A stretch of 55,487 bases of DNA, counting the filler, from Candidatus Woesearchaeota archaeon (GTDB lineage: Archaea > Nanobdellota > Nanobdellia > Woesearchaeales > DATGWN01): the NCBI GenBank assembly GCA_047603125.1. It is 3 parts of 3 records of this genome, joined end to end, with 100 filler letters (N's around TTAATTAATTAA, not from the genome) between each part and the next. Parts side by side here need not be neighbours in the genome. Positions count along the whole stretch, not along the records: positions 18,719 to 37,283 come from JBLKOU010000019.1; positions 37,384 to 55,487 come from JBLKOU010000020.1; 1 more part is not named here. One strand, 5' to 3'. Shown here one piece after another: positions 37,114-45,701 of the stretch; position 1 is the stretch's first letter; the number at the start of each line of letters is the position of its first letter. Made by a program: the position numbers and the translations under genes. The notes beneath the pieces are model-generated. The model saw only the letters and a list, made by a program, of their open reading frames with translations, was not told where the DNA came from and made no database searches.

Positions 37114-37185
37114 GAACCCGTGGTTCAGTGGTAGAACGTCTCGTTGACGTCGAGAAGGTCGCCAGTTCGATTCTGGCCGGGTTCA
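37114..37185 (+). tRNA. tRNA-Val(GAC), intronless, CCA not encoded
   Basis: Acceptor GAACCCG/CGGGTTC+A, D-arm GTTC/GAAC, anticodon stem TCTCG/CGAGA with loop TTGACGT, T-arm GCCAG-TTCGATT-CTGGC; TATA TTTATAAA at 37082-37089. Confidence 0.96.
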
Positions 37186-37283
37186 TTGGTTTCTTAGGAA
37201 TTTTCAGTAAGTAAAAAGTCTACTATTTCTTAATTTTTAATAAATTTTAGTAAAAACCGAAAGTTTTATAGATTTTGAGTATA

Positions 37284-37383
37284 NNNNNNNNNNNNNNNNN
37301 NNNNNNNNNNNNNNNNNNNNNNNNNNNTTAATTAATTAANNNNNNNNNNNNNNNNNNNNNNNNNNNNNNNNNNNNNNNNNNNN
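37284..37383. other. Artificial contig linker
   Basis: N44-TTAATTAATTAA-N44. Confidence 0.97.
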
Positions 37384-37538
37384 GAGAGATGCTTTGGAAG
37401 ATTTTTGGTGTGAGCATATTTTTACGCAAAAATTTATCTCTTACTTTTGACGCCAACTACACAGGCAAAAGATATTTAAAGGCAAACAACAAAAATATAC
37501 TAAAAAAGAGGGATTATTATGAAAAAAAGGGGTGTTCT

Positions 37539-38090
37539 ATGAGTTCTGTTCTAAAAGAAGTGCCACACCACGTTGGCTTTCGTTTTGCGGATGGGCATAG
37601 CGTTCAAACAATCTTGAGTTTGATTTCAAAACTTGAACAAATTTCTGATGAGCAATATACAGAACATGTAACTGAGTACAAAAACGATTTTGCAAATTGG
37701 ATTGAACATGTTTTTGAAGATAAAAAACTCGCACAAAAAATTCGACAAAGCAGAACACGACACACTATGATTCGCTTGTTAAAAGACGAATACGAATTTG
37801 TCACAGAATATAAAAATAAATCATTTCTCGGTGAGCAAAAAAGCAAAACAAACCATACACCACCTTCAGAATCAATTATTGAAAAATATACACACCCTGT
37901 TCATAAAGACATTGAACAGCTCGAAGAACAAATTGAACATTTAACCAAAAAAGACAAACAAGATTCAAAACCGTACACAGATGCTGTCACTTCTAGTAAT
38001 TTACGAGAAAAAGCAATTGACTTTGTGTTCGGGTTTGTTGTCGGACTTCTTGCAGGGCTCATCATTGCAAAAAGTTTCGGTTTATACTAA
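37539..38090 (+). CDS. DUF5752-like domain protein with a C-terminal membrane anchor
   Basis: FRFADG...ISDEQY.EHV...KNDFANWIEHVF.D..LA; C-terminal FVFGFVVGLLAGLII; TAATG coupling to glycogen synthase. Confidence 0.75.
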   Translation: MSSVLKEVPHHVGFRFADGHSVQTILSLISKLEQISDEQYTEHVTEYKNDFANWIEHVFEDKKLAQKIRQSRTRHTMIRLLKDEYEFVTEYKNKSFLGEQKSKTNHTPPSESIIEKYTHPVHKDIEQLEEQIEHLTKKDKQDSKPYTDAVTSSNLREKAIDFVFGFVVGLLAGLIIAKSFGLY

Positions 38091-39691
38091 TGATAACATT
38101 ATTTGAAGTAAGTTTTGAAATTGCAAACAAGGTAGGTGGTATACACACCGTTGTTTCAAGTAAAGTACAGTATCTTGCTCCTTTTGTCAAAGATCATATA
38201 CTCATCGGACCGTATTTTGAATCGTCTAAAGAATTTACAAAACAACAAACACCACAGCACTATCAACAAACATTTGAAACATTAGCAAAAGAAGGAATTA
38301 TTGCACATTATGGTCAATGGAACATTCCTGCAAAACCACAAGTCATACTTCTTGAATTTGGAGGCGCATATGATCAATTAGATTATTACAAAGGAGAATT
38401 TTACGAGCACTTCGAAGTTGATTCATTATTTGCCCAACACGATTATAACGAACCATTTGCCTTTTCAATTGCCGCAGGAAAACTCATTGAGCAACTTTTG
38501 GCAGTTCACCCCCATAAACCCATCGTGCAAACACATGAATGGATGACTGGCATTACCAACTTATATTGTAAATTTAAGCAATTACCAATAAAAACTGTAT
38601 TTACCACACATGCCACCATGCTTGGGCGCGCAATTGTTGGAAATGGTGAAAATCTCTACGAATTGCTGCCAACACTCAATGCGTTTGAGAAAGCAAAACA
38701 ATTACAAATTTTTTCTAAATTCACCTGTGAACGTGCAAGCGCCCTTTTTAGCGACGCATTTACTACTGTGAGTAATGTCACAGCACATGAATGCGAAATT
38801 ATTTTAGGAAAAAAACCACAAGTAACTCCGAATGGATTCGATATTGATGATTTTCCAAACGTACAGCATATCTTTGCAAAGCAAGAGCAATCACGAGAAA
38901 AACTCAACCAATTCTTACAATATTTCTTTTACCCCTACTACAAATTTGATCTAGAAAAAACAACACTCTTATTTACTTCCGGGCGCCACGAAGTGCGAAG
39001 TAAAGGAATTGATGTCACACTTGAAGCCATGAATATACTTGAGCAAAAATTTGCAAACAGCGACCAGCACATCGTCTTATTTATTTTTGTGCCCTATTCA
39101 CACCAAGGGCCACTCCAACATGTGCTCAGACATAAAGAACAAATTGAGAAAAAACAACCATTCTCACAACCTCCAAAACCACAACCCGAACTGAGTGCTT
39201 TTTCTGTTGATCATAATCAAATACATGATTTATGTGCACAATTTAACATAACAAACGAACAATCCAAAAAAGTCAAACTTGTGTACTACCCCGTTTATTT
39301 AGAAGGAAACGATGGTTTACTCAATCAAGAGTACTATGACGCTATTTGTGGTTGCGACATCGCCGTATTTCCTTCATTTTATGAACCATGGGGATATACA
39401 CCAATGGAGAGTGCCGTTCTTGCAATCCCAACAATTACAACAAACTTAGCAGGGTTTGGACAATATGTTGAAAAAAAATCAGGAATCACTGTTCTTAATA
39501 GACAAACAACAACTGACACACAGTGCGCACACGATATTGCAAATGCAATTGAAGAATATATCAATCTAAGCGATCACAAAAAGATGCTACGAAAACTCCA
39601 AATTAAGCTCACTGCAACGTGCATTGATTGGCAAGTATTAATTAAAAAATATCAAGAAATTTATGAGGGACTCTATAATGCAAAAACATGA
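38090..39691 (+). CDS. Glycogen synthase, GT3 (eukaryote-like) family
   Basis: LFEVSFEIANKVGGIHTV, HEWMTG, FTTHATMLGR, FTTVS, TPNG, SGR.E...KG.D, PSFYEPWGYTPMES. Confidence 0.92.
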   Translation: MITLFEVSFEIANKVGGIHTVVSSKVQYLAPFVKDHILIGPYFESSKEFTKQQTPQHYQQTFETLAKEGIIAHYGQWNIPAKPQVILLEFGGAYDQLDYYKGEFYEHFEVDSLFAQHDYNEPFAFSIAAGKLIEQLLAVHPHKPIVQTHEWMTGITNLYCKFKQLPIKTVFTTHATMLGRAIVGNGENLYELLPTLNAFEKAKQLQIFSKFTCERASALFSDAFTTVSNVTAHECEIILGKKPQVTPNGFDIDDFPNVQHIFAKQEQSREKLNQFLQYFFYPYYKFDLEKTTLLFTSGRHEVRSKGIDVTLEAMNILEQKFANSDQHIVLFIFVPYSHQGPLQHVLRHKEQIEKKQPFSQPPKPQPELSAFSVDHNQIHDLCAQFNITNEQSKKVKLVYYPVYLEGNDGLLNQEYYDAICGCDIAVFPSFYEPWGYTPMESAVLAIPTITTNLAGFGQYVEKKSGITVLNRQTTTDTQCAHDIANAIEEYINLSDHKKMLRKLQIKLTATCIDWQVLIKKYQEIYEGLYNAKT

Positions 39692-41336
39692 ACGAACAAT
39701 CGCCTATATGACAATGGAAATTGCAATTACTTCAGACATTCCAACCTACTCGGGAGGACTTGGAGTACTTGCAGGGGATACTATTATGTCACACTCTGAT
39801 CTTGGAGTTCCTAGTGTCTGCGTCACATTACTCAATAAAGAAGGATATTTTTATCAAAAAATCTCACCCGAAGGACATCAAATTGAGGAGCCATTTCGAT
39901 GGACACTCACTGATTACTTACAACCTCTTGATACAAAAATAACAATTGAACTTGAAGACAGAACCGTGACAATTCGTCCATGGGTCTATCATGTAAAAGG
40001 TGAGCGAGGACATGAGATTCCAGTGTACTTTTTAGATACTGATTTAAAAGAAAACACACCCTATGATCGAAGCTTAACTGAATACTTGTATGGTGGTGAC
40101 CGCTATTACCGATTTTGTCAAGAAATGATTTTAGGAATTGGCGGCGTTCGCATGCTCGAAGCGCTTGGCTATAAACACATAGACAAATATCATTTAAATG
40201 AAGGACACGCTGCACTTGCCTGCGTAGAACTCTTGCATAAAAACCAAATGAATATTGAGGCAGTCAAAAATAAATGTATTTTTACTACGCACACTCCTGT
40301 TGCTGCAGGGCATGATACTTTTGATATTGATATGGTTGGGCGCGTCATTAAAGACTATTATCCATGGAACATGAAATTTGCCGAACATGACGGAAAATTT
40401 AATATGACTTACTTAGCACTCAATCTTTCCGACTATGTTAACGGAGTTGCAAAAAAACATAAAGAAGTTTCCATGCAAATGTTTCCAGGAAGAGAAATTC
40501 ACTCAATTACCAATGGTATTTATCACAGAAGATTTATAACAAAATACATGGATGAGGTGTTTACAAAACATATCCCCGACTGGGCCCATGATCCCTTTTC
40601 ACTTCGAAGCGCACTGGCTATTCCTGATGAGCAAATTTGGTATGCTCATCAAGAAAATAAAAAAAAGCTCATTAACTATATTAACAAAAATCATAAAACA
40701 ACATTTGACACAGAAACATTTACCATCGGTTTTGCACGCAGAATGACTGCCTATAAACGACCAGAACTATTATTTCGAGACATTGAATGGCTCAAAGCAA
40801 TCGCACACCGACAAGGAAAAATCCAAATAGTTTTTGCAGGAAAAGCCCATGTCAATGATGGATTTGGAAAGGACGCGATATTCAAACTCAACCAACTCAA
40901 AGACAAACTCGGCCCTGATATTTCTCTTGTGTACTTAGAAAATTACGATACCAAACTCAGTCAACTCATGACTGCAGGCGTTGATATTTGGCTTAATACC
41001 CCTCACAGGCCGTATGAAGCTTCAGGAACAAGTGGAATGAAAGCAGCATTAAACGGAACACCACATTTTTCTGTTCTAGATGGTTGGTGGATTGAAGGCC
41101 ACATTGAAGGCGTTACTGGTTGGAGTATTGGACCTGCAACATATGATAATTGTGATGACGATGAACAAGACTCACGCGATCTCTATGAAAAGCTTGAACA
41201 ACAAATTTTGCCAAAATACTACTTAGACAGGCATAGTTGGATACGTGTAATGAAACACACCATTGCCATGAATGCTAGTTTTTTTCACACGCACAGGATG
41301 GTCTCACAATATGTCACAAACGCGTATTTTAAGTGA
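39678..41336 (+). CDS. glgP: Alpha-glucan (glycogen) phosphorylase, GT35
   Basis: YSGGLGVLAGD, HLNEGH, FTTHTPV.AGHD, ITNG, GFARR...YKR, AGKAH, EASGTSGMKA. Confidence 0.95.
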   Translation: MQKHERTIAYMTMEIAITSDIPTYSGGLGVLAGDTIMSHSDLGVPSVCVTLLNKEGYFYQKISPEGHQIEEPFRWTLTDYLQPLDTKITIELEDRTVTIRPWVYHVKGERGHEIPVYFLDTDLKENTPYDRSLTEYLYGGDRYYRFCQEMILGIGGVRMLEALGYKHIDKYHLNEGHAALACVELLHKNQMNIEAVKNKCIFTTHTPVAAGHDTFDIDMVGRVIKDYYPWNMKFAEHDGKFNMTYLALNLSDYVNGVAKKHKEVSMQMFPGREIHSITNGIYHRRFITKYMDEVFTKHIPDWAHDPFSLRSALAIPDEQIWYAHQENKKKLINYINKNHKTTFDTETFTIGFARRMTAYKRPELLFRDIEWLKAIAHRQGKIQIVFAGKAHVNDGFGKDAIFKLNQLKDKLGPDISLVYLENYDTKLSQLMTAGVDIWLNTPHRPYEASGTSGMKAALNGTPHFSVLDGWWIEGHIEGVTGWSIGPATYDNCDDDEQDSRDLYEKLEQQILPKYYLDRHSWIRVMKHTIAMNASFFHTHRMVSQYVTNAYFK

Positions 41337-41392
41337 TTGTTATTTTAAAACAACAACCAACTTTAAAAACACAAACACATTCACAGCCAATT

Positions 41393-42025
41393 ATGCGCAT
41401 AGTTGAAACAAACGACGGATCGAAAACATTTTTTGAGCCAAATCTCCAAGAAACATACCATTCTCAAAGTGGAGCAATTGAAGAAAGCCAAGAAAAATTT
41501 GTCCGACCTGCAAAACTCATAGATGGACACCACATTCTTGACATTTGTTTTGGTCTTGGATTTAATTCACTCATGGCAGCATTAACCAATAAAACAGTAC
41601 ACATCGATGCTATTGAAATTGATTCCAACCTTTTACAATCTCTGACAAGCGACCTTGCACCCCAATATAGAGAGGAATATGAACACCTCATCTCACAAAT
41701 ACACAAAGCCAATAACCCCATAAAAATTCTCAATACTACGATTAATCTTCACATATGCTCATTTATCACAAAGCTACCAAATTTACCCGACCAAACATAT
41801 GATCGTATCTTTTTTGACCCATTTTCACCAAAAAAATGTCCAGAACAATGGAGCAAGGATATTTTTGAACAGTGCCATCGCGTTCTCAAGCCAAACGGAT
41901 ATCTACTCACCTATAGCTGTGCAAGAATAGTACGAGAAAATCTTACGGCTGCCGGTTTTACATGTGTGGACGGACCCGCAGTTGGAAGAAAAAGCCCAAG
42001 TACTATTGCCCATAAATACGAATAA
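41393..42025 (+). CDS. MnmC/MnmD-like SAM-dependent tRNA methyltransferase
   Basis: TNDGS.T, ETYHS..GA.EES, ILDICFGLGFN, FFDPFSP..CPEQW, LTYS. Confidence 0.85.
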   Translation: MRIVETNDGSKTFFEPNLQETYHSQSGAIEESQEKFVRPAKLIDGHHILDICFGLGFNSLMAALTNKTVHIDAIEIDSNLLQSLTSDLAPQYREEYEHLISQIHKANNPIKILNTTINLHICSFITKLPNLPDQTYDRIFFDPFSPKKCPEQWSKDIFEQCHRVLKPNGYLLTYSCARIVRENLTAAGFTCVDGPAVGRKSPSTIAHKYE

Positions 42026-43790
42026 CTGCTTCTATAAACATTGCTAAGCTCCAGGCTTGCATAAAACATCCTTGTGATTGACACTGACTTGCCCCTGAAA
42101 CTTCAGCTAAACTTCCCATTGCACCACTTGCAAACAGTTCATGGCAACTACTCTCCACAAGCGCTCGCCAATAGGGAGCATACTTTTTTTTATCAAGAAG
42201 ATAAAGAGATTGCGCAGCAATCAAATTAACATAGTACCAAACATCACCACGATGATAACTTTGATTTGTCTGACCAGTATAGTGTGCACAATACAATGAA
42301 TGATCTTGCGAAATGGTTGTCACGCCCCCCCATTTGACAAATAATTTCTCCAAACTCGCATCAAAGGTTTTTTTCCAAACTTGTTTTGAAAAAAGTGAAG
42401 GACAAATATAATACGCAAGAAACACATTTGGACGAATAGTCATATCAAGATAACCATCCTCATGTAGCCCGTCATACACAACACCATCACGAACAAACTC
42501 TTGCATTGATTTAATAAAATCATTTTCCCATTTTTGAAAATATCCATATTTTCCATCATCCAAACGTTCATTAAGATAATTAATAAGTTGAATCTGTGAA
42601 GCATAGAGCGCTTGAATTTCTATTCGAAACCCACGTCTCGTGTCATAGGGATTCCCCGTATCCATCCACGTTTCTAAATCCGCATTTTCAACAAATCCCA
42701 AACGACCAAAATGCTTATCCTGGTTTACTACTGAATAAACAACACGGTCTCGAATAAAAATGAGTTCTTGCTCTTCAATGTCAGGCATCTGCTCTAAAAC
42801 CTCAAATAATCGTTTACATGTCCAGCCCACGCCATCCGCACTTGCTAAGTCACTGTGAGGAAATCGATTCGGAAGCCTTCCATCCGGCAGTATCGCTTGT
42901 AATTGCTTTAATAAAAGTGACTTTGCCTCTCTAAATCGTTTTTGTGCAATGAGTGCGCCAATACTAATGGATTGATCCCTCGTCCAAACTTGAAAAAACC
43001 ATGGTAAGCCAGCATAAAAACCTTGATCAGTTAATAGTTCATCAAAGCTTGCAAGCGCATAGGAGAGCTCTAATGAATGTTTTTCAACAGAAATATCTGA
43101 CAATAATTGCTGATATTTTTCTTGTGTTCGTATAGCCCCCTGCTGATGCTGCCAACAATCCTCCACTTGACTGATGACTTCATCCCTATCAAATCCTGCA
43201 CCTATTACAACCTGGGATGCATTCAAAAAGTCCCCCGCAAAATATTCATACCAATCCCAAGGACCAGATTGACGCTCATGTTCATACGAGTAATAGACAT
43301 TATGCCAATGAGAGTGAGACTGAAATTCTCCATCCGACTTACACACAACATAGATTCTGGGGTGATTTGCTGATTCTTTTGTATATGAGAATATATGAAT
43401 ATCATTTACACACTCATACGAGTATTGGCGACCAAACTTTTCAAAGTCATAAATTTCCCGGCAATCCAAGACAAGCGGAATGCGCAAATTCCCTTCAATT
43501 TGCAGTGAAATAACAGAATCAAAAAAATGAATAGCACACGAACCCTCATCATATGCATAAACTGTTTTTGTTGGTAGATGTTTAATGTGATTTACCTGCT
43601 CAGGTAAAACGCGTGAAACCGTTTTGTATAATTTCCAATCATCATTTCCATCAAGTTGACGTATATGCAATCCCTCATAACGAGAGAAGGGTTTATCGCT
43701 AAGCAACAAATAATTTCCTTGGCGAGACCCTCGCAATAGTAATGGATTTTTTGTCTCGACCTCTTTTTTTTCATAGATGACACGAGTCAT
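42003..43790 (-). CDS. Amylo-alpha-1,6-glucosidase (glycogen debranching enzyme, GDE_C/GH133-like)
   Basis: AGLPWFFQVWTRD, GRLPN, SADG, TWMD, IEIQA, IRPN, YHRGDVW, CFMQAWS. Confidence 0.9.
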   Translation of the reverse strand: MTRVIYEKKEVETKNPLLLRGSRQGNYLLLSDKPFSRYEGLHIRQLDGNDDWKLYKTVSRVLPEQVNHIKHLPTKTVYAYDEGSCAIHFFDSVISLQIEGNLRIPLVLDCREIYDFEKFGRQYSYECVNDIHIFSYTKESANHPRIYVVCKSDGEFQSHSHWHNVYYSYEHERQSGPWDWYEYFAGDFLNASQVVIGAGFDRDEVISQVEDCWQHQQGAIRTQEKYQQLLSDISVEKHSLELSYALASFDELLTDQGFYAGLPWFFQVWTRDQSISIGALIAQKRFREAKSLLLKQLQAILPDGRLPNRFPHSDLASADGVGWTCKRLFEVLEQMPDIEEQELIFIRDRVVYSVVNQDKHFGRLGFVENADLETWMDTGNPYDTRRGFRIEIQALYASQIQLINYLNERLDDGKYGYFQKWENDFIKSMQEFVRDGVVYDGLHEDGYLDMTIRPNVFLAYYICPSLFSKQVWKKTFDASLEKLFVKWGGVTTISQDHSLYCAHYTGQTNQSYHRGDVWYYVNLIAAQSLYLLDKKKYAPYWRALVESSCHELFASGAMGSLAEVSGASQCQSQGCFMQAWSLAMFIEAVIRIYGQ

Positions 43791-43999
43791 ACCCCAACTA
43801 GACAAAAAACTCTTTATATATTTTTAGTAAATCAATCTCCACAAAAGAACACATTTACATCACCCATATTGCAAAATTTATCAGCTCCAAGCAAAAAACA
43901 ACAACTACTATATAGAGACTACTAAATACCCAATGAAGGATATAAATCGAAAGCTTTAAATATCCAATAATTCGCCAATCTAACGGGGTGTTAAATGTA

Positions 44000-44269
44000 A
44001 TGGTAAATGAAAAAATGTTTAGTGTTTTCTTTCGCGAAAAGCCAGCACTATTACTACTTAATTTAAAGAATGCAAAGAGCAATGTCTACGCTTCAACAGT
44101 GGCAAAAACAATCGATTGCACATACTCGCATGTTGTAAAAATTCTCCAAGAAATGGAAAAAGCAAAACTCGTCACATTCAACAAGCAAGGAAGACTCAAG
44201 CTTCTCACATTAACAAAAAAAGGAACGGATATTGCTGATGCAATTGAACGAATCCGTCACATGCTCTAA
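44000..44269 (+). CDS. Small winged-helix (MarR/ArsR-like) protein
   Basis: YASTVAKTIDCTYSHVVKILQEMEKAKLV...KQGRLK.LTLT.KG. Confidence 0.85.
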   Translation: MVNEKMFSVFFREKPALLLLNLKNAKSNVYASTVAKTIDCTYSHVVKILQEMEKAKLVTFNKQGRLKLLTLTKKGTDIADAIERIRHML

Positions 44270-44478
44270 TGCCAAAAAATAAGACACTTATCGCAAAAGC
44301 ACCACTCCAAAGACTTATAAAACAAGTAGGTGTCAATCGCATATCTGATAAAGGAGTTGAGCAATTACGAATGTATATTGAAAAACAAACACAGACTTTG
44401 GCAAAAAAATCAATCGAGCTTGCCAAGCATTCTGGAAGAAACACCATTCTTATTGATGACGTTTACCAAGCAAGATAA
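44269..44478 (+). CDS. Archaeal histone (HMf family)
   Basis: AP..RLIK..G..RIS...LA...IELAKHSGRNTI...D, alignable to HMfB; TAATG coupled to the wHTH gene. Confidence 0.92.
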   Translation: MPKNKTLIAKAPLQRLIKQVGVNRISDKGVEQLRMYIEKQTQTLAKKSIELAKHSGRNTILIDDVYQAR

Positions 44479-44482
44479 TGAG

Positions 44483-44743
44483 TTACTCAACTTTTGTATA
44501 GTAAATCTTTTGCGTTGCACTTCCCCAGGAATAATCACCAGTCTCAACACAGACTTTTTTAATTGCAAATAATCCTAAATCAACACCTTTATGCAAATGA
44601 TAGTAAATATTTCGTTGCGTCATTTGACCAAATTGTTTTTCATAAAGTTTGTGAACTTGATAACCCGTCAACTGACCATTCTCCTCTAACAAAGCAAGTA
44701 TATTTTTTCGAACCTGCATTGTTAGCGGTCTGCCTTTTGCCAT
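44483..44743 (-). CDS. Small winged-helix (PadR-like) protein
   Basis: VRKNILALL...TGYQVHKLY...TQRNIYYHLHKG...GDYSWG...KIYY. Confidence 0.8.
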   Translation of the reverse strand: MAKGRPLTMQVRKNILALLEENGQLTGYQVHKLYEKQFGQMTQRNIYYHLHKGVDLGLFAIKKVCVETGDYSWGSATQKIYYTKVE

Positions 44744-44780
44744 ACATACATTAATAAACCCCGCGTTTATAATTGTTTGT

Positions 44781-45701
44781 ATGTATATTGCAAAAATAAC
44801 GCAAAATTATCCAGACATTGCTTTTCAAGAAATACAAGAACTCTTTGAAGATGTGACACTACTCACTCCCACTCATGTCTTTTTTACAACACAAAATCCT
44901 TCTTTTTTTTCCAGACTTGCGTTTACAAACACCATTTACCAAATCATAAGTACAGACTATCAACCAATTCAGTTGCCAAGCACTGAATATAAAATAGAAT
45001 TTGAGAAAAAATCTCCGATTAATAAAGAACGAGCATTTGAATACATTTACTACGCAATGCCTGAACCAATAATTAATCTCAATAAACCAAAAGACATTTT
45101 TTACTTTTTCACAGCAACAGCACAAGAAAAACAAATCCTCTATTGCACAAAACAAATTTATACAAATCAAAAAACATTCTTAGAACGAAAACCACAGCTT
45201 CGTATTGCAAAACATCCTAGCTCCATTGACCCACGCCTTGCTCGCGCAATGGTTAATTTAGCAGGGAAAAAAGCACATGCAATCTACGACCCATTTTGTG
45301 GAACAGGTGGAATTTTACTTGAGGCCTTTGATTGCCAACTCCAGACTATCGGATCAGACATAGACCCACACATGATTGAAAAAAGTCAACAAAATTGCAA
45401 GCAATTCCACGCAAATGTCACACTCTTTACTGGAGACGCTCTGAAACAAACAACACAAAGTGATGCAATTGTCACTGATTTACCCTATGGAAAAAATACT
45501 CGCATTCTTGATAATATACAACACTTATACGAGCAATTTCTCAAGCGCGAGTATGAAAAAACAAATCGAATTGTTTTGTGTACACCAAGTTTTATTCCAA
45601 CACAAAAAATCATTGAAAGAACACAGTGGAACATTTCATTTAAATCTCAATTTTATGTCCATAAGAATCTCAACCGTGTCATTTATCTACTTACTAAGTA
45701 A
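44781..45701 (+). CDS. Trm11/TrmG10-like tRNA (guanine-N2)-methyltransferase
   Basis: HPSSIDPRLARAMVNL, YDPFCGTGGILLE, GSDID, GDA, VTDLPYG. Confidence 0.85.
   Translation: MYIAKITQNYPDIAFQEIQELFEDVTLLTPTHVFFTTQNPSFFSRLAFTNTIYQIISTDYQPIQLPSTEYKIEFEKKSPINKERAFEYIYYAMPEPIINLNKPKDIFYFFTATAQEKQILYCTKQIYTNQKTFLERKPQLRIAKHPSSIDPRLARAMVNLAGKKAHAIYDPFCGTGGILLEAFDCQLQTIGSDIDPHMIEKSQQNCKQFHANVTLFTGDALKQTTQSDAIVTDLPYGKNTRILDNIQHLYEQFLKREYEKTNRIVLCTPSFIPTQKIIERTQWNISFKSQFYVHKNLNRVIYLLTK

Noticed and set aside
37114..37283. tRNA-Val as an attachment site of an integrated element
   Set aside because: No integrase and no duplicated tRNA 3' end in the window; the contig ends 100 bp later, so this cannot be evaluated
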